NCBI GenBank assembly: GCA_964595865.1
Contig: CAZQRL010000007.1
Location: 1,853 to 65,852, forward strand
DNA length: 64,000 nucleotides
Reading direction: 5' to 3'
Origin: an uncultured Chthoniobacteraceae bacterium
Lineage (GTDB): Bacteria > Verrucomicrobiota > Verrucomicrobiia > Chthoniobacterales > DYNR01
Under the pieces are notes generated by a model. That model worked only from the letters and a program-made list of their open reading frames with translations. It ran no database searches and was not told where the DNA came from. The position numbers and the translations under genes were made by a program. Positions 27,744 through 38,003 of the stretch are shown one piece after another. Every line of letters begins with the position of its first letter. The stretch's first letter is position 1.

Positions 27744-27995
27744 CCGAGGTCAGGCATTAAAACACCACAAGGGTGCCTTAAGAGTGAGGCTTATTTCCCC
27801 TGTTTCGCATTTTCTTGGCAGAGAGCGTCAGGAATGGGGAGCCACACAGCACGGGCTGTTTTAGTTTGATCCAAGTCGGGCGGTGCGCCACCGACTCATT
27901 GATGGAGTTTTGGACGAACAACCGGGCCACCCGTGCGCCAAAAGAGTCTTGCGCTCGCCGAGTGAGGGGCAATGGCTTTCCATGAGCTGTTGACC

Positions 27996-30602
27996 TCACC
28001 CCCTCCCCAGCCGGTTTCCGGTGAAAAGGATGCGCGGCGGATCGGGAAAAGGCCACGGGATTTCATGCGGCTGGCCGGGAAAGAGGTCGAAAAAGTTGTC
28101 CGCAAGCTGCTTTTCGCCCGCCAGATCAAGGCAGGCACCCCAGACAAAGCGTGGGCTGTGGAAAACCGCCTTGCCGTTCCGGAGCGTGATATCAATCTCC
28201 GGCGGGGGCAGTTTCCAGCGGGCGGGCAGCTCGCGCAAGAGGCGTGAGCGGGCGACGATCCCTCTGAGCTTGGCCGTCGAGTGGAGCACGGCGAAGGCGA
28301 GGTTCTCCGTGTCGTTGGTCAGGGTGGTAAGCGGGAGGGTCGCCAAGATTTGCGAGGCATTGGGAGTTAGGCTGACCTCGGCGGATTGCCGCTCGGGATA
28401 GTCGCCAGCAAAATGGAAAACCCCATAGTCCAGTCGCATCGCCACTGGCTCTGGAGTGTCATTGATCCCGTAAATCGCGATGCTGTCACCTTCTTCGACG
28501 AGGACGACATGGACGGGCTGCAAGGCGCGCCGAACCGGGTGGAAACAGGGCGCGCGCCGGAGAAAATAATCCACAGGCGCCCAGCTGCGCACGGTTGGCC
28601 AGGTATCATTAAACATCCAGAAAACCGCCGCCGCGCTGTCAAACATCCGGCGCCGGAAATTCTCGCAATACTCGCGCAGCCCTTCCCCTTGGACGAGCCC
28701 CGCCCAATACACATACTCCTCGAGCGTGAGATCGCTGGAAGAAATCCCCGTCCACTGCGTGATTTGCGCACCGACCACGCTGGGCTCGCTCCAGTAAGCC
28801 ACCGAGTTTTCGTGGTGCAGCCAAGCGAAAGAGCCCAGGTGCTCATGGCCCGGTGGCAGGCACTCCCGCAAGGTGGGTAGGGACGGGGGGCCAAGCACGC
28901 CCCCCTCGTTGGGGAAACGACAGACCATGGCGCGGTATTTTCGAAAGTCCGTATCCCAAAATCCCAGCGACCACGGGTGCTGGTCGCCGGTGTCGTCGTC
29001 AATCGGATTCGGGAGGATCCCAGTGGTCCGGTCGTAGGGGGAATACGGTGAGGATGGCCAATAGAAAAGCCCGGGGCATTCGCTTTGCACCAGCCTTGCG
29101 AGGGTGATGTGGAAAAACGCGTGGTCTGGCGCGTGCCGCCCCTGCTTCTCCCACCCCCAATTCCACTGCGCGGTCTCGATCTCGTTGTTGCCGCAGAGGA
29201 CGACCAGGCTCGGGTGCCGGGCCAGGCGGCGCACCTGCCAGCGGGCTTCCTCTGTTGCTTCCCGAAAAAATGTTGGCTCCTCGAGCGGATACCTCGAGCA
29301 GGCGTAGATCATATCCTGCCAAACCAAAAAGCCCCGGCGGTCTGCCTCGCGGTAAAACTCCTCGCTCTCGTAGAAGCCGCCGCCCCACACCCGGAGAAAA
29401 TTGAAATTCAATTCCTCGGCGCGGTCCATGAGGGTGGCGATGCGGGCGGCATCCGTCCGGCAGGCAAGCAGATCGGGAGGCACAAAATTCCCCCCACGGC
29501 AGAAAATGGGCCGGTTATTAATTTTCAGAATGAAAAACGAACCGCTCTGCGGGTGCGGAGATTGGTCTATGTGCACCTTGCGGAAGCCGACCTCGAGCTC
29601 GACCGCATGGCGGCCACCACGGGAGGATTCGACTTCCACCAAAAGCGGCTCGGTGTGAGGCTCTCCGTGGCCACGTGGCCACCACAGCGGCGGAGCACTG
29701 ACCCGCAACTCCAACCCGACCGGCTGCAACCCCAGCGCCAAATCACATGCGGCTTGCGAGACTACTCCCAAACCTGGAAGCGAAGCGGTCACGCGCACGC
29801 TTTGCGGTGAGGCAGCGGCGTTCTCGAGGTAGCAGCACACGCTCACCGTTGCATCCTGCAAATCGTCGGAGAGCGCTATCACCGGCACCACCTGGTCCAC
29901 GCGCAACGCGTCCTCCGACCAAACCAAACGGACAGAACCCGCAATGCCAACATTGAGCAGCCGCGGAGCCCAGTCCCAGCCAAACTGGCACTGCGGTTTG
30001 CGGCTCCACATGCGCTTGGTGGAGGCCGCCAGTAAATTCGGCGCATAAGGCAGCCCCGGCGCATCCGCGTTGGCAATCTGGCCCGCTTCCATTTGCACCA
30101 CCAGCAGGTTCGGGCCCGGCTTGAGCAGCCCGGAAACCTCGAACCGCGCAGGCAAAAAATCGTTGGCATGGCACCCGACACGCATGCCATTCAAGAACAC
30201 CTCCGCCACCCCACTGAGGCGTTCAAATTCCAGCCAAACCGGAGTGCCCGCCTCCCTAGACTCCCAGTCAAAACATTTCTGATACGTCCAGATTGCGTCT
30301 TCCACCCAGCGTGCCGCCAAGGAATGCAGGCCCGAGGCAGGATCCTCGATCAGGCCCGCGCGCATCAGGTCCAGATGCACATCGCCCGGGACGACCGCCG
30401 CCAGCGCGTTGCGGGCCACGGTTTGTTCCTGCAAAACAGCGGGCTTCAGCCCGCGCTCGCCATCGTGAAAATGCAGTGCCCAGGCCCCATCCAGGGCTAA
30501 GAACGCGCCCGTCGCTGCAGCATCGCTCCCAGGCTCGGCAACACCCGCCTTCGCCCCGGCCCCAATCGGTGTCATACTGGGTGAACTGCTGGAATCGTTC
30601 AT
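27996..30602 (-). CDS. glycoside hydrolase family 2, beta-mannosidase-like (start taken at MNDSSS; the tracked ORF extends to 30659)
   Basis: VPGDVHLDLMRAGLIEDP, FCRGGNFVPPDLL, NFLRVWGGGFYESEEFYREADRRGFLVWQDMIYAC, VVLCGNNE. Confidence 0.8.
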   Translation of the reverse strand: MNDSSSSPSMTPIGAGAKAGVAEPGSDAAATGAFLALDGAWALHFHDGERGLKPAVLQEQTVARNALAAVVPGDVHLDLMRAGLIEDPASGLHSLAARWVEDAIWTYQKCFDWESREAGTPVWLEFERLSGVAEVFLNGMRVGCHANDFLPARFEVSGLLKPGPNLLVVQMEAGQIANADAPGLPYAPNLLAASTKRMWSRKPQCQFGWDWAPRLLNVGIAGSVRLVWSEDALRVDQVVPVIALSDDLQDATVSVCCYLENAAASPQSVRVTASLPGLGVVSQAACDLALGLQPVGLELRVSAPPLWWPRGHGEPHTEPLLVEVESSRGGRHAVELEVGFRKVHIDQSPHPQSGSFFILKINNRPIFCRGGNFVPPDLLACRTDAARIATLMDRAEELNFNFLRVWGGGFYESEEFYREADRRGFLVWQDMIYACSRYPLEEPTFFREATEEARWQVRRLARHPSLVVLCGNNEIETAQWNWGWEKQGRHAPDHAFFHITLARLVQSECPGLFYWPSSPYSPYDRTTGILPNPIDDDTGDQHPWSLGFWDTDFRKYRAMVCRFPNEGGVLGPPSLPTLRECLPPGHEHLGSFAWLHHENSVAYWSEPSVVGAQITQWTGISSSDLTLEEYVYWAGLVQGEGLREYCENFRRRMFDSAAAVFWMFNDTWPTVRSWAPVDYFLRRAPCFHPVRRALQPVHVVLVEEGDSIAIYGINDTPEPVAMRLDYGVFHFAGDYPERQSAEVSLTPNASQILATLPLTTLTNDTENLAFAVLHSTAKLRGIVARSRLLRELPARWKLPPPEIDITLRNGKAVFHSPRFVWGACLDLAGEKQLADNFFDLFPGQPHEIPWPFPDPPRILFTGNRLGRG

Positions 30603-30746
30603 AGGGAAATTATACTCCAAGGGAGCAGGTCTCTGGGATCGCGCCAGAAAGTTTTGCAAGGGAGAAGAGGAGAAGTGTCGGGATGGTTGTCGGCATGATG
30701 GTAACGGTGGGTAGTCCCTCGAAAAAGTGGCGAGGTCGAGCGCAGC

Positions 30747-31232
30747 TTAGTTTAGGTTTTTGTGGTGGGTTGTGAAGTTGCTTTCGAGGTCTTCGCCGGG
30801 CGAGATGCAACCGAGAGAAGTGTGGCGGCGACGGCGGTTGTCGAAGGTCTCGATGTCGTCGAAGCTCGCGTGGCGCGCCGGCTGTGTGGCAGGCAAAGGC
30901 CGGAGGGCGTCAGGGAGTTCGGCCTTCAGCGAGGCGAAGGCACTTTCTGCGCGGGCATGGTCGTAGCAGTAGCCGGCGGCACTCCTGCTCTGCAGCCGCC
31001 CGTGTTGGGGGAGGAAGTCACGGGTTGAGGAGGCAGTATCTTGGCATCCACGGTGGCAATGGAAGATGGCTCCGGCGGCAATATGGCCCGTTCGGAGTGC
31101 ATTTTGCCGCGCGGCCTCGACGACCTCCGCGTGGAGAGAGTCGGCGATCTCCCAACCCACCATGGCCCTGGAAAAAGATCCCTGCTTTTTCCGCACCTCT
31201 CCTGACCCAAGCTGGCCGAACGCTGCCCGCAC
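30747..31232 (-). pseudogene. IS3-family transposase (rve integrase core) C-terminal remnant, degenerate
   Basis: YCYDHARAESAFASLKAELP...FDDIETFDNRRRRHTSLGCISPGEDLE parallels the IS3 OrfB tail (GNCYDNA.AESFF.TLK.E...YIE.FYNRRR.HS.LGY.SP..FE). The upstream catalytic portion is degenerate or absent. Confidence 0.6.
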
Positions 31233-31306
31233 AAACCCTCCATCGTTCTCGGCGTTCTCACCAAAAGAAACGCTCGATGAATTTACCCTGGGGCGCCGGG
31301 CAGGGT

Positions 31307-32413
31307 TCAGGCGAGCGGGGGCAAGCCGGCGAGAAAGGCGTCGGTCTCGCGAGCGTTATCGTGAAGTTCGCGGACGAAGCGTTCGGCGTTGCGCCCTGCT
31401 TGCCGCCACCGTGCTTCATTGTCTAAGAGGCTTTGCGCCGCCTGGAGAAAATCGGGCCAATTCCCGGCGGCGTAATGACCGGGCTGAAATTTCGCGAAGA
31501 GGTCATCGGGATTGACGTCGAGGGAAAGGAGGGCGGTCTGGCCAAGGCCGGCTTGAATGAAACTATTGGGCCAGCCCTCCCACTCCGAGGTGTTGACGAA
31601 AACTTTGGCAGAGTCGTAAACGGCTTGGATTTCGTCGTAGGGCACGCGCTCGCTGAGCTCGAGATTCGGGAGCTGCGCCGCGCGCGCCCGCACTTGGGCG
31701 AAGAGGGCGGCATCTTCGGGAGGACAGACCATACGACAGCGCGCCGTGGGCAGGGCTTCCACCAGGTCGAGGAAGAGCAACGGGCGTTTGATGGGCTGGC
31801 AGCGGGACACCCAGAGCAGGTCTATGGGCTTCTCGGGGGGCGGATCTCCGGAGCGCGGCAAGATGAGGTTGCGATAAAAACCACAGCTCATTCCCGCAGC
31901 GTGGAAAAGTTGCCGTTGGTGCTCGGTCATAGCATAGCGCACGTCGCAGCGCCGGAGGGCGAATTCAAAGAGGGCCCCGCGGAGAGGGTTGGCACGGCGG
32001 AACTCCCCATTGACCTCGGTATCCAGACCGCAAATAAATCCCAAACGCCCGCCGAACCAAGGCTTGAGACCGCAGAGCAAAAAGAGCCAGGCTGTCCAGC
32101 CGAGGACCATAACCCAGTCGGGCCGCTCTTGGCGGAGGATTTCCGCCACTCGCGGGATAGCACCCAGCATCTCGAGAGGCTGGCCCGTGTGAAACTTTCC
32201 CGCATTGCGCACGCGCACACCATCGTAGATCGCGCCATCGGGCTGCCCAGTATCTCCGCCAGCCACGACGACTTCGATCGGCCGCCCAGCATGGGAACGA
32301 GTCACCAATTCGCGGCTGAGCAGCGCCAGCTGCAACTCCGCCCCGCCGGAGACGCGGGTTTTGCTGCGCTGCAAAACTAGGTGTGCATAGCTGCTGAGGA
32401 ATAAAATTTTCAC
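31307..32413 (-). CDS. GT4-family glycosyltransferase (likely GTG start at 32413; the tracked ORF runs to 32641)
   Basis: VKILFLSSYAHLV...SGGAELQLALLSRELV at the N-terminus. C-terminal FVNTSEWEGWPNSFIQAGLGQTALLS. Confidence 0.75.
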   Translation of the reverse strand: MKILFLSSYAHLVLQRSKTRVSGGAELQLALLSRELVTRSHAGRPIEVVVAGGDTGQPDGAIYDGVRVRNAGKFHTGQPLEMLGAIPRVAEILRQERPDWVMVLGWTAWLFLLCGLKPWFGGRLGFICGLDTEVNGEFRRANPLRGALFEFALRRCDVRYAMTEHQRQLFHAAGMSCGFYRNLILPRSGDPPPEKPIDLLWVSRCQPIKRPLLFLDLVEALPTARCRMVCPPEDAALFAQVRARAAQLPNLELSERVPYDEIQAVYDSAKVFVNTSEWEGWPNSFIQAGLGQTALLSLDVNPDDLFAKFQPGHYAAGNWPDFLQAAQSLLDNEARWRQAGRNAERFVRELHDNARETDAFLAGLPPLA

Positions 32414-32531
32414 CTTGTTGGGCAATTTGCCGTTTGGGGGAGAGGTCAACAAGCGTGTTATTCGGCGGAGTGCGGAGAGCCGTTGCTTCTCTGCTTGCGA
32501 GTCGGAGCTGCTTCCGGCTAGGAAGGCTTCC

Positions 32532-33836
32532 GTGCGTCGCCTGCCCTTGCCTGCCCAAATCCTGCTCGCGCTCGGCTTGGCCATTATTTTCGGACAGCTT
32601 ACCCGCCTGGGGGTAGGCTGGGAGAACTTTGGCTTCGTCACCTTCCTCGGGCTCCCGGTGGTGGAGATCTATGGCTTTATTGGGCAACTCTTTTTGCGTG
32701 CCTTGCAAATGCTGGTGGTGCCGCTGATTGCTGCGGCAGTCATTACCGGGTTGGCCAACCTCGCGGGTGAGAAGGCTTTCTGGCGACTGGGGGGAAAAAC
32801 CGCCGCCTACTATCTTTCGACTTCCTTCCTGGCGATTCTCACCGGGCTGGTGCTGGTGAACTGGTGGCAACCGGGGCGTCTGCCCGAGGAGGCAACTGGA
32901 GCGGTCTTTGGATTGCAGGCGAGCCCGGAGGAAATGGCTGCGCGCATCGGGGAACGCGGGGCCGGGGATGTGGTGGGGATTTTCCAGCGCATGATCCCGA
33001 CGAACATTTTTGAGACGGCAAGCCAGAACAGTCAGATGCTCGGCCTGCTTTTCTTCAGCCTGCTTTTCGGCTACTTCCTTTCGCGTTTGGCATCGCCCGG
33101 AGGGCGGGCTGTGCGCGATTTTTTTGCGGGAGTCTATGAGGTGATGTTGGCCATGACGCAATGGGTGATGCGTTTCGCCCCGCTGGGAATCTTCGGTCTG
33201 GTGGCGGGGGTATCCAGCTCCACCGCACCAGCGCAGTTCGTGCATCTATTTGGCTTCTTCTTCTGTGTCCTGGTCGCCTTGGCGTTGCATGGGGGGGTGG
33301 TATTGCCGCTCTTGGTCCGAGGGTTGGCAGGCCTGAGTCCCTGGCAACACGCCCGGGCCATGGGGCCCGCTTTGCTGACCGCGTTTTCCACCAGTTCCTC
33401 CAGCGCGACACTGCCGCTAACTTTGCGCTGCCTGGAAGAACGCGCCGCCGTGAGCCATCGCACGGCCAGCTTTGTCACGCCGCTGGGGGCGACGATCAAC
33501 ATGGACGGCACGGCGCTTTATGAATGTGTGGCGGTGCTATTTTTAGCGCAGCTTTATGGTTTGGAATTGAGCCTTGGGCAGCAGATTCTGGTCGTGGTTT
33601 TGGCCTTGGCGACTTCCATTGGCGTGGCGGGGGTGCCCAGCGCGAGCCTGGTGGCGATCGTCGTGATTCTCGGAGCGGTGGGTCTGCCGCTGGAGGGAAT
33701 CGGGATCTTGCTGGTCTTCGATCGGTTGCTGGATATGGCCCGGACGGCGGTCAATGTCTGGAGCGATGCCTGCGGAGCGGTGATTATTGCTCATTCCGAA
33801 GGCGAGGAGCTGCCGAGGCTGCGGCGCGCTCAGTGA
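32532..33836 (+). CDS. dicarboxylate/amino acid:cation symporter (DAACS, GltP/DctA-like); start probably GTG 32532
   Basis: LPLPAQILLALGLAIIFG, TSSSSATLPLTLRCLEE, FVTPLGATINMDGTALYECVAVLFLAQ. Confidence 0.8.
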   Translation: MRRLPLPAQILLALGLAIIFGQLTRLGVGWENFGFVTFLGLPVVEIYGFIGQLFLRALQMLVVPLIAAAVITGLANLAGEKAFWRLGGKTAAYYLSTSFLAILTGLVLVNWWQPGRLPEEATGAVFGLQASPEEMAARIGERGAGDVVGIFQRMIPTNIFETASQNSQMLGLLFFSLLFGYFLSRLASPGGRAVRDFFAGVYEVMLAMTQWVMRFAPLGIFGLVAGVSSSTAPAQFVHLFGFFFCVLVALALHGGVVLPLLVRGLAGLSPWQHARAMGPALLTAFSTSSSSATLPLTLRCLEERAAVSHRTASFVTPLGATINMDGTALYECVAVLFLAQLYGLELSLGQQILVVVLALATSIGVAGVPSASLVAIVVILGAVGLPLEGIGILLVFDRLLDMARTAVNVWSDACGAVIIAHSEGEELPRLRRAQ

Positions 33837-33929
33837 TCAGGAAGTGGGGCGGCCTTTTCGCGGCTTGCTTTTTTCCCGGAGCAAGGCGAACTAACCCGGC
33901 ATCTTTCGACGACCTGCGGCCAGCAAACC

Positions 33930-34943
33930 ATGGAAGAATTTCTCGAACATCTTTTCTCCGGCTACCCCTTTTGGGGCCTTCTCCTTATCTTGGCCGCAGC
34001 TCTGACGGTGCTGGCGAGGGGCGCCGATTTGCTGGTAGAGGAAGCGGTGGCGCTGTCCATCCGCATGAAAATCCCGGCGGTGATCATTGGGGCCACGGTG
34101 GTGAGTCTGGGCACCACCTTGCCAGAAACTACCGTGTCGGTAATGGCGGCCCTGGCAGGGGCTCCGGATATTGCCTTGGGTAATGCGGTGGGTTCGATCA
34201 TCTGCGACACGGGGCTCATCTTGGGCATTGGCGCCCTCCTCAAGCCGTTGCCGCTCGATCCGCGGGTCGTGAACAAGCAGGGCTGGATCCAACTAGGCTC
34301 CGGGATTCTCCTGCTCGTGCTCTGTCTGCCCTTTGGCAACTTGGGGGCAACCTTTAGCTCCGGGGGCAATCTTCCGCAGTGGGGCGGCTGGCTGCTGGTG
34401 GCTCTGCTGGTGGCCTACATCGCCTGGTCCATTCATTCCTCAGCAGGGTTGGAAGAGCACTTCGATACCCCACACGATGCGCAAACGCAGAATCCTTGGA
34501 TGATTTTGCTCAAGCTGGCTCTGGGCATCGGCATGGTCATTGTCGCTTCCAAGCTCGTCATCCCCTCTGGCAAAGTGCTTGCGCTCCGAGCTGGGGTGCC
34601 ACCAGAGGTGATCTCGGCTTCGCTCATTGCCTTTGGAACCTCGCTGCCGGAGCTGGTCACCGTGGTGACCTCGGTATTGAAAGGCCGCGGAGATTTGGCG
34701 GTAGGAAATGTCATCGGGGCGGATATCCTGAACGTTCTCTTTGTCTCGGGAGTTTCGGCTTCGGTTACGGTCGGCGGTTTGGACGCTTCACCAGTTTTTT
34801 TCACGAAGTTTTTCCCTTTCATGTTGCTCTTGCTGGGGGTCTTCCGGTTGGGCATCTGGCTCTCCGGCACCCACCTTTCCCGCACTTTTGGAGCGATTCT
34901 ATTGCTGCTCTACGGGCTCTTCCTCTGGGTGAATTATCTCTGA
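33930..34943 (+). CDS. Ca2+:cation (CaCA/YrbG-type) antiporter
   Basis: Two alpha-repeat motifs, GATVVSLGTTLPETTVSVMAA and LIAFGTSLPELVTVVTSV. Polytopic. Confidence 0.85.
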   Translation: MEEFLEHLFSGYPFWGLLLILAAALTVLARGADLLVEEAVALSIRMKIPAVIIGATVVSLGTTLPETTVSVMAALAGAPDIALGNAVGSIICDTGLILGIGALLKPLPLDPRVVNKQGWIQLGSGILLLVLCLPFGNLGATFSSGGNLPQWGGWLLVALLVAYIAWSIHSSAGLEEHFDTPHDAQTQNPWMILLKLALGIGMVIVASKLVIPSGKVLALRAGVPPEVISASLIAFGTSLPELVTVVTSVLKGRGDLAVGNVIGADILNVLFVSGVSASVTVGGLDASPVFFTKFFPFMLLLLGVFRLGIWLSGTHLSRTFGAILLLLYGLFLWVNYL

Positions 34944-34964
34944 GGACAGCCCCTCCCTTACCGC

Positions 34965-36260
34965 ATGCTGAGCCCCTCGCTGACGCGGAATATTCCGCTC
35001 TTCATCGCCTTCCGGGTGCTCTTCAACGCGCGGTTTTACTACCCGGTTTTTGGGATTCTCTTTCTCGATCTGGGGCTCTCTTTGGAACAGTTCGCGCTTT
35101 TGAATGTGGTCTGGGCGGTTGTGATCGTCACCCTGGAAATCCCTTCTGGAGCCTTGGCGGATTGGTTGGGACGCCGCACCTTGGTGGTTGCGGCGGCGGG
35201 ACTCATGGTCGGGGAGATGCTTTTGTTGGCCTTGGCTCCGGTGGATCAGCCGGGTTTGCTTTTCTGGCTTTTGTTGCTGAACCGCATCTTGAGCGGAGCG
35301 GCCGAGGCGGCGGCGAGTGGGGCAGATGAGGCGCTGGCGTTTGATTCGCTGCCGAGAGAAAACCGCGAGGTGATCTGGCCGTCGGTCTTGGCGTGGCTGA
35401 TGCGCTGGAAATCCGGGGCCTTTTTGGTGGCCATGCTCACGGGAGCCTTGCTCTATGATGCCAAGGTCCTCGGCAGTTTCACAGGGTGGCTGGGGTGGCA
35501 GCCTGCGGTGGGTTCCACGGTGCGCTGGCCAGTTTACGCCTGTGTGGGAACAGCGTTGCTGTGTCTTGCAGTGGCGTGGCTGATGCGTGAGCCGCCGCGT
35601 AGTCCGGGAGCGTCCGGAACCAGGCTCCGGGCGGCGTGGATGACAATCGTAGCCGGAGCGCGTCAGGTTTTCACCACCCGGAAAATGCTCTATCTCATGC
35701 TGGCGGCCTTGCTTTGTGACAGCTTTGTCCGGCTTTTCCTGACCTTGGCCAGCAATTACTATCGGCTCATCGAGCTTCCTCCGGCAGTCAATGGCGTATT
35801 GGGCTCAGGGCTGGCGGTGCTGGGGCTTTTAGCGGCGCGTGGGTTGCGAATCTGTGTGGGCCGATTCTCCGTGCAGGCCAATTTTTTGGGTATCGCGGCG
35901 CTGGTATTGTTCGGACTCACCGGGGTGGCCTTGGCGATACCGCTTTGGGGGGCGGTGGTGATTGTGCCCCTGGGTCTGGCCATGGCCGGGTTGCAATTTT
36001 TCGCCGCGCATTACCTCAATCTTTGGACCACCTCGGAAATCCGCGCCACGGTTCTGAGCTTCCGCGGCGTGGCCTTTAATCTGGGCTACGGGGCGTTGGG
36101 ATTGGCTTTTGCCGCACTGAGTGAAACCCTGCGCCGAGCCGCCCCAGGAGCTTCCGAGGAGCAAATTCTTGCCCAAGGGTTGCCTTGGATTCCAGGGGCC
36201 TTCCTCGCGCTGGGCCTCGGGCTCATGGTCCTCATGCTTCGTCGCCCGTCGAGGCGCTGA
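34965..36260 (+). CDS. MFS transporter
   Basis: About 12 predicted hydrophobic helices. MFS loop motif EIPSGALADWLGRR. Confidence 0.7.
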   Translation: MLSPSLTRNIPLFIAFRVLFNARFYYPVFGILFLDLGLSLEQFALLNVVWAVVIVTLEIPSGALADWLGRRTLVVAAAGLMVGEMLLLALAPVDQPGLLFWLLLLNRILSGAAEAAASGADEALAFDSLPRENREVIWPSVLAWLMRWKSGAFLVAMLTGALLYDAKVLGSFTGWLGWQPAVGSTVRWPVYACVGTALLCLAVAWLMREPPRSPGASGTRLRAAWMTIVAGARQVFTTRKMLYLMLAALLCDSFVRLFLTLASNYYRLIELPPAVNGVLGSGLAVLGLLAARGLRICVGRFSVQANFLGIAALVLFGLTGVALAIPLWGAVVIVPLGLAMAGLQFFAAHYLNLWTTSEIRATVLSFRGVAFNLGYGALGLAFAALSETLRRAAPGASEEQILAQGLPWIPGAFLALGLGLMVLMLRRPSRR

Positions 36261-36338
36261 GATGATCGGACATTTTTCTCTCCACGAAAAATTATTTTGA
36301 TTGGGAAATTGTCACGGAAACGCTAAGGGGGAAGAAGT

Positions 36339-37322
36339 TTGGAGATAAGCATGTCCGTAGAATCCCCCTTTCCCGTGCACGAGGAAATAGAATTCACCCG
36401 TCTGCCGGAATTGAGCCCCAAAGAGGCGCTCTTGGTAGATCTGCACTCTTTGGTGAATTTGCTCAATGTGCTGCAGGGCACGCTGGAGTTGTTGCGGGAG
36501 GGGTTGCCGGAGCTGCTGCCGATTCACGACGAGATTGCGGGTCTCGGGCAAAGTTTGCCGACCCTCGCAGCGCAAGGGCAATCTCCGCAGTTTGACCTCG
36601 GACTGCCTGGCCGACTGCTCAAGCGGGTGGAGGAGATTTTCCATCGGACTCCTGAGACTCCGGGACTGGCGGCCGAAGATGACCGCGATTTGCGGGAGAG
36701 CCTGCTTCGGAGCCTGGAAATCTTCGAGGTGCGGCTGCAGGAGTGGGCTTCACGGCAGAGTCCGGAAAATCACTGGCAGCGTTTTTCCGCGGAAGATCTG
36801 GAACAATCGCTCTATCAAGTGCTGACGGCGATCGAAAAGAACGCGCAGGGGCGTTACCGCATTGTGCACAACATCGCCGAGCAGTCCCCGAAAGATTACC
36901 AGGTGGATTTTGCCGTGACGGTCAATGGGGGCGAATCGTTTCTCATGCCGGCGGTCTTGCAGGATGTGTTGCGGGATTTGGTGGCCAACGCCCGTAAATA
37001 TACGCCGCCTGGCGGCAAAATCACCGCAGGGATTCACGCCTCACCCGAGGGGGTGCGTTTGGTGGTGGAGGACAACGGGGTGGGCATTCCTACGGACGAA
37101 CTCCCGCGAGTGGTGGAATTCGGTTATCGGGCGAGCAACACCGCGCATCGGCCCACCTTGGGAGGAGGATTCGGGCTGACGAAGGCCCTGTGGGTCACGC
37201 GCAACTTCTCCGGGAGATTCTGGATCCGTTCCCGTCCTAGCCTGGGCACGCGCGTGACCATTTTTATCCCCACACCTTCGCCTAGCCCTGGGGAGGCAGA
37301 AAAGCATACCAAAGCATCCTGA
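36339..37322 (+). CDS. soluble histidine-kinase-like ATPase (HATPase_c) protein with a degenerate H-box
   Basis: VLRDLVANARKYTPPGG (N box), VVEDNGVGIP (G1), GGGFGLTKAL (G2). Possible phospho-His region VDLHSLVNLLNVLQGTLELL. No TM segment. Confidence 0.6.
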   Translation: MEISMSVESPFPVHEEIEFTRLPELSPKEALLVDLHSLVNLLNVLQGTLELLREGLPELLPIHDEIAGLGQSLPTLAAQGQSPQFDLGLPGRLLKRVEEIFHRTPETPGLAAEDDRDLRESLLRSLEIFEVRLQEWASRQSPENHWQRFSAEDLEQSLYQVLTAIEKNAQGRYRIVHNIAEQSPKDYQVDFAVTVNGGESFLMPAVLQDVLRDLVANARKYTPPGGKITAGIHASPEGVRLVVEDNGVGIPTDELPRVVEFGYRASNTAHRPTLGGGFGLTKALWVTRNFSGRFWIRSRPSLGTRVTIFIPTPSPSPGEAEKHTKAS

Positions 37323-37985
37323 ATGAACGCAGAACTCTTTGCAGCAGATCTGGCAGAAAAACTCTTTGCCGATGGCGTGGTGGCGGTGTTGGTAGTGGAT
37401 GATGCCGAGGACGCGGTGCCTTTGGCGCGGGCACTACTAGCGGGCGGCATTCGCGCAATGGAATTGACCCTCCGGACGCCTGCGGGCTTAGAAGCGCTGC
37501 GGCGCATTGCTGATGGCGTGCCAGATATGCTCGCCGGAGCGGGAACTGTTCTGACCTTAGACCAGTTGCATGCCGTGCAAGCTGCGGGAGCGACCTTTGC
37601 CGTCTCGCCCGGCACCAATCCCCACGTGCTCGCCGAAGCCGCCACCATCGGGCTTTCCTTTGCCCCGGGTATTTGCACGCCGAGTGATATCGAAAGGGCT
37701 CTCGAGTATGGCTGCCGCTACCTCAAGTTTTTCCCCTGTGAAGCCAGTGGTGGACTTCCCTACCTGCGCAACATCGCCGCGCCGTATGCCCATTTGGGTC
37801 TGCGTTACATCCCGCTGGGGGGCATCAACGCGCAAAACATGGCGGAGTATCTGCGGGAGCCGATGGTAGTCGCGCTGGGGGGCAGCTGGCTCGCTCCCCG
37901 CGAACTCATTCAGGCCAAAAATTGGTCCGCGATTACCGAGCTAGCAGCCGAGGCCTCGGGGATTGTGCGCCAAGCCCGCGGCTAA
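37323..37985 (+). CDS. eda: KDPG / 4-hydroxy-2-oxoglutarate aldolase
   Basis: GIRAMELTLRTPAGLEALRRI, AGAGTVLT, FAVSPG, YLKFFPCEASGG (Schiff-base Lys context). ATG immediately follows the upstream stop. Confidence 0.85.
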   Translation: MNAELFAADLAEKLFADGVVAVLVVDDAEDAVPLARALLAGGIRAMELTLRTPAGLEALRRIADGVPDMLAGAGTVLTLDQLHAVQAAGATFAVSPGTNPHVLAEAATIGLSFAPGICTPSDIERALEYGCRYLKFFPCEASGGLPYLRNIAAPYAHLGLRYIPLGGINAQNMAEYLREPMVVALGGSWLAPRELIQAKNWSAITELAAEASGIVRQARG

Positions 37986-38003
37986 TTCGGGGGATCAGCT
38001 GGG

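Noticed and set aside
27778-28056. A 92-codon minus-strand ORF in the less GC-rich spacer next to the IS1380-like fragment, as a possible further transposase piece.
   Set aside because: I could not match the translation to any transposase block from memory, and it overlaps the 3' end of the GH2 gene.
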